A stretch of DNA of 64,000 bases, from assembly GCA_965200965.1 (NCBI GenBank), contig OZ241744.1, positions 3,040,001 through 3,104,000 on the forward strand, given 5' to 3'. The stretch is from an uncultured Candidatus Binatia bacterium (GTDB taxonomy: Bacteria > Desulfobacterota > Binatia > Bin18). The translations under genes and the position numbers were made by a program. This document shows, piece after piece, positions 49,910 through 58,870 of the stretch (position 1 is the stretch's first letter; every line of letters begins with the position of its first letter). The notes beneath the pieces are model-generated. The model ran no database searches, was not told the DNA's origin, and saw only the letters and a program-made list of their open reading frames with translations.

Positions 49910-51423
49910 CTAGTCCGTCGAGCCTGGAACCAGGACAAAGCCCTGTACGGGTTCTTGCCAGCGGAGAAGCACGTCCTCGTCGGGGGCTGGAAAGTCATTC
50001 ACCACTACATCCCGCTCTAGCCCTCTGATGAACTCCTCGTCGAGCGTGGTAACGGTGAAGCGGTTTTCTTGAACCGTCCGCCCGTCTACGACAAGCGCCG
50101 CGGTGTATGTCCCTTCCCCAAGCAAGTTCCAGTTCCATTGCGTGATAAAGCCGTTATTGGTATCGCCGCATACGGCTTCGGTATCACCGCGGGCGATATT
50201 CCGGGCTACCGGCGGAATGCGTAACCCTCCGTCGATAACGATTTCCACAAGCTCCCCCTCGCATGCCCAGCCGGAGATAAAGCCGATACCGCTTTGGAAT
50301 GAGCCGTTAGCAGGCACCTCGAGCCAAGCACGAGTTGACGTAGCCGTCGACTCCGGTGTGGGGGTTGGCTCTGAGCTTGGAACCAAGACAAAGCCCTGCA
50401 CGGGTTCTTGCCAGCGGAGAAGCACGTCCTCGTCGGGGGCTGGAAAGTCATTCACCACTACATCCCGCTCTAGCCCTCTGATGAACTCTTGCCCCATTGT
50501 GGTAATGGTGAAGGTGTTGCTCTGCATGGTCTGTCCGTCTATCACAAGCGCCGCGGTGTATGTTCCTTCCCCAAGCAAGTTCCAGTTCCATTGCGTGATA
50601 AAGCCGTTATTGGTATCGCCGCATACGGCTTCGGTATCACCGCGGGCGATATTCCGGGCTACCGGCGGAAGGTGCAGACCGCCGTCTATGACGATTGAGA
50701 CAGAACGGCCTTCACATGCCCAACCGGAGACAAACCCTATCCCGCTCTGGAATGAGCCGTCGCTAGGAACCTCCAGGTTGCCCACGGGTTCAGCCGGTTC
50801 TTCGGGTTCAGGTCCGGGGGGGGGGTCGGCCGTCTTGTCGTTGGTGGTGGTGTTGGTGGTGGCGGTTCACCATACCGACTATAGCCGGGCGGTAGGCTCT
50901 GAATCCGAACCTGGGCAGAGCCTAGAGACGTCCAACCTCCCGCTTGTACTGTCGCGTCAAGAGGTGGCAAGCGGAGTTGGGCGCATGACATTCCTAGCCC
51001 TACCTGCCCCCCGCTAAATGTGTCGGTATAAGGCGGCCCTGAATAGCAGAACATTTGCAATCCTGGAAGACAAGCCGATGTCAAAGCATAAACCCCGTCA
51101 GGTATGCCGGTAACGAGGATGTCCTCACCCTCCAACCGCCATGCAAACTCGGCATCGCGCGGGTTAGTGACTGCCGGAAGCCCGCCCGGCGGGTTAGCGT
51201 CAAACGTGAGAAGTGTCACCGAATCACCGCATGCCGCGGCCGCATAGCGGATAGCCCATTCCCGATAGCCCGCGGCTGTAGTCACGTCATAAGGCGGGCT
51301 TGACGTTGCCGTTGTGGTGGCCATTTGCCCAAAGGCGGGCGGACTAGCCAAAAAGCCCAGGACGAGGGCGATACCCGAAATCACCTGGGACTTGGGCGAC
51401 AGCAGCAGATAGCCTTGGGTCAT
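49910..51423 (-). pseudogene. Secreted protein: unique N-domain, Pro linker and two tandem copies of the unnamed domain; frameshift in a 10-nt homopolymer
   Basis: Signal ending PPAFGQ; G10 at 50816-50825 separates ORFs 50737..51423 and 49910..50785; domain copies 453 bp apart and near-identical in DNA. Confidence 0.8.
51388..51416. repeat. 29-bp exact direct repeat, copy 2
   Basis: Identical to 48939-48967. Confidence 0.9.
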
Positions 51424-51497
51424 AGATTTTCCTTCCTGAACACGCGCTAGGGTAGGTCTGCTAGCCCTTCCTTATCACCTAAGCCATTACACTGATA

Positions 51498-51619
51498 TAG
51501 GGGTAAGAGATTTAGCCCGTTCTAGGGCAACGTGGGCGGGTTTTGATGGGGTAGGGATAGCCCGCCCGGACGGGCGGGTATGGGGTTAGTCCTGCTTCCC
51601 GGCTCCGGGTAGAGCCGGG
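51498..51619. repeat. Second ~53-bp repeat copy followed by two GC hairpins
   Basis: Repeat 51498-51550; CCCGCCC-GGAC-GGGCGGG at 51561-51578; CCCGGCTC...GAGCCGGG at 51598-51619. Confidence 0.7.
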
Positions 51620-51629
51620 GCTGTCCGTT

Positions 51630-51821
51630 TCAGTCTTTGCCCTCTGCCTCTGCCTTCTCCGGTTCAGGTGCTGGGCAATGCCGTTTGACGAACTCCTCGA
51701 TAGCCTGCCTGTAGAGCCGCGTTGCTGATACTCCCCGGTCGAGGGCAAGGCGTCTAATGGCGAGTGTGTGGCTCTGCTCGACCTCAAAGTTGAGCGTTTT
51801 ATGCGTCCGTTCCTGCATCAT
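51630..51821 (-). CDS. Ribbon-helix-helix (CopG/ParG-like) protein
   Basis: KTLNFEV strand, then helices AIRRLALDRGVS and RLYRQAIEEFV; GGAAGG RBS. Confidence 0.7.
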   Translation of the reverse strand: MMQERTHKTLNFEVEQSHTLAIRRLALDRGVSATRLYRQAIEEFVKRHCPAPEPEKAEAEGKD

Positions 51822-52100
51822 CTTTCCTTCCTTCCAGGCTCTCTAGCAGGGTTTCCGCTCTGCCCTGAAAATCGCCCGCAAACTTGGCCACGGCCGCGGC
51901 CATTGCTTCCACCTTTTCCCGGAGCCGGACGGCTTCCGCCCTGCCTTGGGCAAGGCCGGCCTGGTAGCCCGCCGCATAATCGCCTTCGGCATCTTTCAGA
52001 GCGGCCGCATAGCCCGCGTCGTAGCCTAGCCGTGCCTTCTGGGCGGCTTGTTTGGCAATGCCAGCCCCGGCCTTGGCCAAGCCTTTTCCTTGGTTCAGGG
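51799..52100 (-). pseudogene. 5'-truncated Ala/Gly-rich helical protein (mobile-element remnant)
   Basis: GYDAGYAAA...GYQAGLAQG repeats; no convincing start outside the overlapping upstream gene. Confidence 0.4.
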
Positions 52101-52105
52101 CGGTA

Positions 52106-52939
52106 TCAAAGAACCCGCTCTGCCAGCCTGACCCCCACCGCGTACCGTCCGTGTGGCCCCTGGGCAATCTCAAAGGCAACCCGGTCGCCCGGTCTCAGAC
52201 TGCGGTCGCCCTGACCCGGAATACCGCTGAAGTGGACAAAAATCTCTTCGCCCTGATCCGAGTGTATCAGCCCCCGCCCGGCGGCGAACCATGCCACCCT
52301 GCCCCGTCCCTGCCCGACTGTCCGCCACGGTGTGAGCGCGGTCTGTGCGTGCCAGTAGGCGGCCGGAACGCGGACCGCCTTCACCGCCGGGGTATCCCAG
52401 GCGGCGTGGGCATAATCGGCCAGCCGTGATCTGACAGCCCGGATATCCTGGCGCAACTCTTCCACGCTCGGTCGCCCGGCCAGCCACCAGCCGACATACA
52501 CGCTGTGGATGCTCAGATCGGGTGCCAGACACAGGGTATGCGGAATAGCGACATCGGGGTATTCGCCGTCGGTGGTATCGACGATGTTCAGCCGCCGAAT
52601 TGCCTGCCGCTGGTAGTCGCTCAGAAAAGGAAAGCGAGCGCCCAAACCCGCCCGATAGGCGGCGGCAACGGCTGGGGTATCGGTGCTGATCGCCACCAGC
52701 CCGGTGTGGTTGAGTTCGACCTCGGGGTAAAAAGCGACCATCTGGCTGAGTTGGAGGCGGTCTCTGGGACAGAAAAAACCGCGATACACCACAACGATCA
52801 GCGGTCGGCCATGCGCAAAGCCGAGGTGCCGGTCGAATTCATCCGGGGCGGTCAGCTGCGACAGGCTGACGCGCCGACCGGTGTGGTCGGGCAGGGACAG
52901 GTCGGGAAACCAGGTACCGGCATGAAGCGAGGTAGACAT
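52106..52939 (-). CDS. Peroxiredoxin-like (AhpC/TSA) domain fused to a cold-shock domain
   Basis: FPDLSLPDH...YRGFFCPRD...ISTD...FLSD...GRPSVEEL; C-terminus VAWF...IFVHFSGI...L..GDRVAFEI..G..G..AVGV. Confidence 0.85.
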   Translation of the reverse strand: MSTSLHAGTWFPDLSLPDHTGRRVSLSQLTAPDEFDRHLGFAHGRPLIVVVYRGFFCPRDRLQLSQMVAFYPEVELNHTGLVAISTDTPAVAAAYRAGLGARFPFLSDYQRQAIRRLNIVDTTDGEYPDVAIPHTLCLAPDLSIHSVYVGWWLAGRPSVEELRQDIRAVRSRLADYAHAAWDTPAVKAVRVPAAYWHAQTALTPWRTVGQGRGRVAWFAAGRGLIHSDQGEEIFVHFSGIPGQGDRSLRPGDRVAFEIAQGPHGRYAVGVRLAERVL

Positions 52940-52971
52940 GCGTATCTCCGGGACTGAGGATGGACCCCAGT

Positions 52972-54990
52972 TCAGCCCAACACCCGCGGAAACTCTTCCC
53001 GCCAGCGCCGGCTGAAGATCAGGGTGTCGTTGTAGGTGGCCTGGAGTTCAATCACAGCAAGAAAGGTTTGCGCGGTGCAACTCAGCGTGATCGTGCTGTC
53101 GATGACAATTTTCCAAGCCGTCCGTTCCCACTCCAGGTGGCGGCGCATCTGGGCCGTGCAGCTCAGGGGGTCACCGTCTCGGAGAGACAGGTCTTTGGCG
53201 TTGGTCTCGGTCATGCGCAGTCCCTGTTCGGTCAGGAAGCTCGTGCCGCCGACCCGGCTGCTGAGCGTGCTTGTGCCATCGACCATATCGTGCCGAACGG
53301 TGTATGCGCGTTCGGTGTCTTCTGAGCGGACAGGGGCGGCCGGCACCTCGGGCAGAGCAAAGACCGGTGCCGGCAACGCCGGAGACCGGGCCGGGATAAC
53401 GGGCAGGACGAGCCGAGAGGGATGGGTTGCGCCGTAGTACAGGCTCAGGCTGGTCGGGCGCGGGGGCGGCCAGACCAGCGGCCAGTCGGCCCCGGCCAGA
53501 CTCAGCCGCAGGCGACGGCCCGGGGCAAAAACGTGGCAGATGCTGCTCAGCTCAAGGCGGACCGGGTAGACCCGACCGGGTACCAGTGGGGTCGGCTGCG
53601 CGTGACTGTCCCGATGGGTCAGGTTGAGCACGCCACGGGTTACGAGCAGGGAAGAGCCGTCGGGGCCGACATCGCACAGTTTGACCGCGAGCTGCGCGAC
53701 CGGCTCCGAGGCGGCAAGGTAGAGCTCGAGTCGGGGGAAGCCCAAAATCTCCAGCGGCTCGGACAGGGGCGGGGTGGTGAATGTCAGCGAGCAGGCGTCA
53801 TCGCGGCGTTGGTCGCGGGGGAGCCCGCCGGGCCGCGGGCCGGTACACCAGAACGGGGCGGCCAGACCGGGGCTTGGGGGGCCTTGCCAGGAAACCGGGG
53901 GCGTGTCCGGCGGCGGCTGTAGCCCAAACGTCCCGGCCGGCCCGAGATACCAGGTCTGGTAGTCGGTTCGAGCCACCGGCCACTCGGTTTCAGACCGCCA
54001 GTGACCGGGCGTGATATCCCGATACGGATCGGGCGAGCGCGAGCCCTGAACCCACACCGTCAGCTTAGGCTCGTCCATGACGCCGTTCTGAAGCCCCTTG
54101 AGCCAGTAGTCCCACCACCGCCGCATCTCTCGCAGATGATCGATCTGGGGACCGGGCCGGGCCACATGCGGCATGTCGTGCAGCCACGGCCCGATGAGGC
54201 CCTTGCACGGGGCGCGCAGGTGCTGCAACATCTGGAGAACAAAATCCCGATAACTGTCGGCCCAGCCGCCAATGGCGAACACCGGGCACTGCATTGCAGC
54301 CCAGTCCTCACACAGTGAGCCATTCTGCCAGTAGGCGTCGCGGGTTTGGTGGCGGAGCCATGCAAACGGCCACTGTGGGGTGCGCTCAAGCCGCTCCCGC
54401 CAGCGTGCCTCCCACTCGTCGCCGGCGATTTCCGGCAGCGGCGGCAGGGCGTTCAAGGCCACCATGCGGCCCGCCCAGGCGACCGATTCGTTGACCGGCA
54501 GACAGCCGCCGTGGTAATGCACGTCCTGGCCGTAGCGGTCAACGAGGGCGTGCAGGGCAACAATCGCCTTGAGCTGGGGCGGGGCGTGCATAGCAGTCTG
54601 AATGGCGCTGATCCCCCCGTAGGATGAACCGTACATGCCGAGCCGGCCACTACACCACGGCTGGTCGGCCAGCCAGTCCAGCGCGTGCAGGCAGTCGAGT
54701 TGTTCCTGGCGGGTGTACTCATTGTCGGCAATGCCCTCCGAGGCTCCACTGCCCCGGGTATCAAGCCGGACCCCGATATAGCCCTTGCGGGCCAAATAGC
54801 TGTGGGTGCGCCAATCACGCGCGATCTTGTTGTCGTCTTTGCGGTAGGGGTGGGCCTCAACAATGGCCGGAAACGGTCCGTCGTTTGGAGCGTCCGGCAT
54901 GTACAGGCGAACGCCGAGCCTGACCCCGTCCGGCATGGGTATGGCGAGCTGGGGGATGATGCGTATCGGGTAGTCCACAGAGTTTTTCAT
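52972..54990 (-). CDS. CocE/NonD family hydrolase
   Basis: IPMPDGVRL, PYRK, D.RGSGASEG, GSSYGG, GPWLH. Confidence 0.92.
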   Translation of the reverse strand: MKNSVDYPIRIIPQLAIPMPDGVRLGVRLYMPDAPNDGPFPAIVEAHPYRKDDNKIARDWRTHSYLARKGYIGVRLDTRGSGASEGIADNEYTRQEQLDCLHALDWLADQPWCSGRLGMYGSSYGGISAIQTAMHAPPQLKAIVALHALVDRYGQDVHYHGGCLPVNESVAWAGRMVALNALPPLPEIAGDEWEARWRERLERTPQWPFAWLRHQTRDAYWQNGSLCEDWAAMQCPVFAIGGWADSYRDFVLQMLQHLRAPCKGLIGPWLHDMPHVARPGPQIDHLREMRRWWDYWLKGLQNGVMDEPKLTVWVQGSRSPDPYRDITPGHWRSETEWPVARTDYQTWYLGPAGTFGLQPPPDTPPVSWQGPPSPGLAAPFWCTGPRPGGLPRDQRRDDACSLTFTTPPLSEPLEILGFPRLELYLAASEPVAQLAVKLCDVGPDGSSLLVTRGVLNLTHRDSHAQPTPLVPGRVYPVRLELSSICHVFAPGRRLRLSLAGADWPLVWPPPRPTSLSLYYGATHPSRLVLPVIPARSPALPAPVFALPEVPAAPVRSEDTERAYTVRHDMVDGTSTLSSRVGGTSFLTEQGLRMTETNAKDLSLRDGDPLSCTAQMRRHLEWERTAWKIVIDSTITLSCTAQTFLAVIELQATYNDTLIFSRRWREEFPRVLG

Positions 54991-55240
54991 CCCACTCTCT
55001 TTGCCTTGCAAGCTCCGGCACAACAACGATAGCGTTCGCTGACAGGAAGCGGTTTCAAGCCCATGCAGAGTACCAGACGGAAGACGCCCGGCAAACAAGG
55101 AGCAGCCCCATGCCACAGGCGCGTAGCGACGCCAGCGTGACCCTGCACTACGAACGTGACGAGTACACCGATATCGTTGCCTGTGCCGGCAGCATGGACA
55201 TCACCCCCTTTCTCCCCTCCTGTATCGGAGAGCGGCAAGC

Positions 55241-56539
55241 GTGACGGCGACGCTGAGCGACACGCCAGACAGTGTGTGGCTGACCGAGCCACCTGCGACC
55301 GCCCCGCGGCTGCACGGTCGGGTGCGGGCCGACCTGGCTATCGTTGGCGGCGGGATAACAGGGCTGAGTGCTGCTTACCATTTCAAGCGGCGCTATCCCG
55401 ACAAACATATTGTGGTGCTTGAAGGACAGCGGGTCGGCTTTGGGGCGAGCGGGCGCAGCAGCGGCTTCATCTCGCGCGAATATCACGGCTGGGACAGTCT
55501 CTTTTTTGACCAGGGGGTGGCCGCGGTCGAACCCTACGCCCGCTACGCCGAGCGCGGCTATAGGCATCTGGTTCACACCATTACACGGGAGGCGATTGAC
55601 TGCGACCTCCGGGAGAGCGGCGCGCTGCGGCTGGCCAAGAAAGACGCCGAGACGCGGACGCTGGAGAAACAGGTCGCGGCCTACGCTCAGCTCGGCCAAT
55701 CGGTTCAACTCTGGCAGGGCCGAGACTTGGCCGCAAAGATTCGCTCGGAGTTTTATCCGGCCGCGGTGTTCCTGCCCCACTGGGCCACCCTGCATCCGGG
55801 TAAACTCGTCCGGGGTCTCAGAGCCGCTGTCGAGGGTCTCGGTGTCCACATCTACGAACACACTCCGGTGCAGCGGCTCCGGCGGGGCAAAGCGGTCGAG
55901 CTGGTCTGCCCGGATGGCCAGCTCAGGGCCGACACGGTCGTTATCGCCACCAACGCTTACACGCCTCAACTCGGCCTGTTCAAGCGTATTCTGATGCCCC
56001 TCCATCTGTACGTCATGGTGACCCAACCGCTGGACGAGACCGCCGTCGGCCACGGTGCCTGGACCAGCCTGCCGGGCCGGTATGAAATGGACGCCAGCCA
56101 TACCATTCGCCTCACCCCCGATGGCCGCCTGCTGATCAGGGGCGGTGCCCGCTACGATTACAACAGTCGGGTCGCCTCCCGTCACCGGCCCAGGGCCTAT
56201 CAGCGCTTGGCCGAGCGCCTGGTCGAACGCTATCCCTATCTGGGCAGCGTCCAAGCCGCCTACAACTGGAGCGGCGTGATGGCGCTGACCCGCGCCCATA
56301 CGCCGCTACTGGGACGGCTGGACAGTGACAAGAGTCTCCTGTTCAGCGTCGGCTACAACGGCTTCGGCTTGGTGAACGGATTTTATGGCGGCAGGCTGAT
56401 GTGCGAGCTGTACGCAGGCCAGCCCAGCCCGGATGTGGCGCTCATGTCCTCGCCAGCCAGGGCCGGCTGGCTGCCACCCGAGCCTCTGCGCTATCTGTCT
56501 GTGAACGTGTCGCTGGCCCTGCGACACCATCGTTTGTGA
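55241..56539 (+). CDS. FAD-dependent amine oxidoreductase (PuuB/DadA-like)
   Basis: IVGGGITG, GASGRSSG, HPGKL, ATNAY, GYNGFG. Confidence 0.88.
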   Translation: MTATLSDTPDSVWLTEPPATAPRLHGRVRADLAIVGGGITGLSAAYHFKRRYPDKHIVVLEGQRVGFGASGRSSGFISREYHGWDSLFFDQGVAAVEPYARYAERGYRHLVHTITREAIDCDLRESGALRLAKKDAETRTLEKQVAAYAQLGQSVQLWQGRDLAAKIRSEFYPAAVFLPHWATLHPGKLVRGLRAAVEGLGVHIYEHTPVQRLRRGKAVELVCPDGQLRADTVVIATNAYTPQLGLFKRILMPLHLYVMVTQPLDETAVGHGAWTSLPGRYEMDASHTIRLTPDGRLLIRGGARYDYNSRVASRHRPRAYQRLAERLVERYPYLGSVQAAYNWSGVMALTRAHTPLLGRLDSDKSLLFSVGYNGFGLVNGFYGGRLMCELYAGQPSPDVALMSSPARAGWLPPEPLRYLSVNVSLALRHHRL

Positions 56540-56544
56540 GGGGG

Positions 56545-56856
56545 CTACTGCAAAGGCGAAAAACTGGCCGGCGTCAGGATTTTGTTGTACTGGCTCACAA
56601 TCATCGCCTGGGCGCGGGGCCGGAAGGCCTGCAGGGCGGGATCTGCGCCCTGGGCGGCCCGGGCTTGGGCGCGGTGATTCATATCCTCGTAGGCCCAGAT
56701 ATGGACTACCTCGTTGAGCGGCCCGACCTCGGTTGACCACCAGCCGACCAGCTTGGAGTACTTGCTGATGACGGGCAGGGCTTCGTGCTCTATCAGGGCT
56801 TGAAACTCCGGGACCTTGCCCGGCTGTAAGGTGTACACTCGCATTTCGTAGATCAT
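56545..56856 (-). CDS. NIPSNAP family protein
   Basis: IYEMRVYTLQPG...GPLNEVVHIWAY...P..FSPL. Confidence 0.92.
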   Translation of the reverse strand: MIYEMRVYTLQPGKVPEFQALIEHEALPVISKYSKLVGWWSTEVGPLNEVVHIWAYEDMNHRAQARAAQGADPALQAFRPRAQAMIVSQYNKILTPASFSPLQ

Positions 56857-56892
56857 ACGATACCCCTCCTTTGTGTGGTGCTTGGCGTGTGG

Positions 56893-58827
56893 CTAAAAGC
56901 GTGCGATCAGACGGCCCTGGACGCCGGAGTCCATGCCGCCGGCGCGTGTCAGGCTGGTCTCGCCGCTGACCTGGGCGGCCAGGCTGGCACCGACCCCGAA
57001 CTCAATGCCGCCGCCGAAGACTGCGGCCGGCTCGTTGTCGGCTACCTTGCCGGACACGGTTTGGCCGGAGCCGAGCCTGCCCCTGACCTGCTCTTCGTCG
57101 CCAAAGTCATACTCCCCGGTGATGCGCAGGTGCGGCGCGACCCACACGGGGCCAAACTGCACGAGGCTGGACACCTGGCCGCCGAGAAAGCCGACCCAGC
57201 TTTCGTGGACGCTGCTTCTGACCGACAGGGCGAGCGGGCCGGCGCTTTCCTGGTAGCCGTCGAGCTGAGATTCGGTCCAGCGGCCGCCGATGATCGGCCC
57301 GAAGCTCGTGTTGCCGTACTGGAAGTTGTAGCCGCCACTCAGCAGGGCGAACCAGGTTGAGCCTCTGGGGTTGGCTGAGGCGGTGGGACGCGGGCTGAAG
57401 CCGGTAGGACGCGAGAAGCGGTAGTCGTCCGCAGCATAGCCGACGGCTGCGTCCACATACATCGCCCTGTTGCTCACCGTGCCGTAGACGGTCCCGAACC
57501 AGCTCTCCAGGTCAGCCCGCCCCCGGCCTCCGTCCAACTCCAGGTCGGCCTCGCTGTAGCCAAAGCCGGCCCCGAGCATGGCCGACTGCTGAAACCGCCA
57601 GTCCAGCCCCAGCATCCCGGCGGTCGTGTCATAGTCAAAGCCGCGCTGGCCGGCGTCGCCGTCCCGGTCGCCCATACCGAAGTCGCCGGTGAGGTGCAGG
57701 GAGAACTGTCCCAACTCAACGGCGTCCGTCCCGAAGCAGGAGCGCGCCGACAGCAGGCGGGCTTCCATCAGGCGCTGCTGGGAGCGCGATGACAGCAGGC
57801 CCAGCATGGAGCGGGCGGTGATGTCGGCCCCGGCGTTGGCCTTCATGTCGAGATAGGCGGCCACATATTGGCCGGCAACCTGGTGTGTCCGGGCGGTTGG
57901 GTGGATGCCGTCATAGAAGAGGCCGGCGTTGGCCGTCTCTGGAGTCGAACAGTCACGCACCTCGGGGCTGGCCACCGCCGTATAGAAACAGGGGCGGCGG
58001 GTGTCGCTCAAGCCGTAGAGAGCCGGGTTGTCCAGCATGTCGGCGAACAGGTCGTCCATTGCCACCAGCGTGATGTCAAGCTCACGCGCGGATTCAAGCA
58101 CGGTCACTGCGCTGAGCAGGGCGGTATTGTGGGCCGCGGTGAGCTGGCTGAGGCCGGCCGAGATCGACGGGCCGAGGGCCAGCGCGCGTGGCGTCCTGCC
58201 CATATCCGGCAGGTTCAGGACGGCAAAGCGTCTCTGACCAGCCCCGGCCAGCGTGCCGAGGCCGGTGTTGATATTGCCGATGACCGTGCCGACAAGGGTC
58301 TGGGGGGTGAGCGCGCCGGCGGCAATCCGGCCGGCATTGTTCACATAGTCGTTGGCCCCGATGAAGTAGACGGCCAGGCTGTTCGGACCAGCCACCCCTC
58401 GCCCGACCGCCCTGCCGACCTGATCGAGCGCGTCAACGTTGAGCAGGTTGAACAACGAAGCAACAGCCGGGTCCGGGTAGGCGTTCGTCTCTCCCGACTC
58501 TGCGCCGGCAAAGGCGAGGTTGAAGACGTTTGACTCAGACACGCCAAGCAGGCCGGGCAGCACCTCAGCATAGGTCGGGCCGTTGGAAAACCGGCCCGAG
58601 TAATACGGCGGGCTGGGCGGCTGCACCGGCACCTGGGGAGATCGGGCGTTCAGGACGGTGGTTGCCTGGTACAGGTTGCCGGTGTCGGTCAGGCTGTCGC
58701 CGATGAAAAACAGGCTGGGCTGGGCCACGGCCGGCCGGCCGGTCAAGGTGCCGGCCAGCAGTAGCCCCACGGCGAGGCTCAACCGGACAAGCCGCCGGCT
58801 CCTTCCTGTTGTCCGCGATGTCAACAT
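56893..58827 (-). CDS. GDSL lipase/esterase autotransporter (EstA-like)
   Basis: Signal peptide, GDSLTDTGN, GRFSNG, GAND, DGIHPT; beta-barrel ending in F. Confidence 0.9.
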   Translation of the reverse strand: MLTSRTTGRSRRLVRLSLAVGLLLAGTLTGRPAVAQPSLFFIGDSLTDTGNLYQATTVLNARSPQVPVQPPSPPYYSGRFSNGPTYAEVLPGLLGVSESNVFNLAFAGAESGETNAYPDPAVASLFNLLNVDALDQVGRAVGRGVAGPNSLAVYFIGANDYVNNAGRIAAGALTPQTLVGTVIGNINTGLGTLAGAGQRRFAVLNLPDMGRTPRALALGPSISAGLSQLTAAHNTALLSAVTVLESARELDITLVAMDDLFADMLDNPALYGLSDTRRPCFYTAVASPEVRDCSTPETANAGLFYDGIHPTARTHQVAGQYVAAYLDMKANAGADITARSMLGLLSSRSQQRLMEARLLSARSCFGTDAVELGQFSLHLTGDFGMGDRDGDAGQRGFDYDTTAGMLGLDWRFQQSAMLGAGFGYSEADLELDGGRGRADLESWFGTVYGTVSNRAMYVDAAVGYAADDYRFSRPTGFSPRPTASANPRGSTWFALLSGGYNFQYGNTSFGPIIGGRWTESQLDGYQESAGPLALSVRSSVHESWVGFLGGQVSSLVQFGPVWVAPHLRITGEYDFGDEEQVRGRLGSGQTVSGKVADNEPAAVFGGGIEFGVGASLAAQVSGETSLTRAGGMDSGVQGRLIARF

Positions 58828-58870
58828 AGTGCTCCCTTTCTCTGGCATATCCGCGGCGTGTCGTGGCGGG

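Noticed and set aside
50103-51017. Long antisense ORFs (also 5627..6835, 17405..18625, 26008..27090, 48390..49508, 55148..56299, 59081..60208)
   Set aside because: Shadow frames of well-supported genes in GC-rich DNA; no motifs.
49850-51550. CRISPR array or integron attC sites
   Set aside because: Only two imperfect copies 1.6 kb apart; no cas or intI; no RYYYAAC/GTTRRRY ends.
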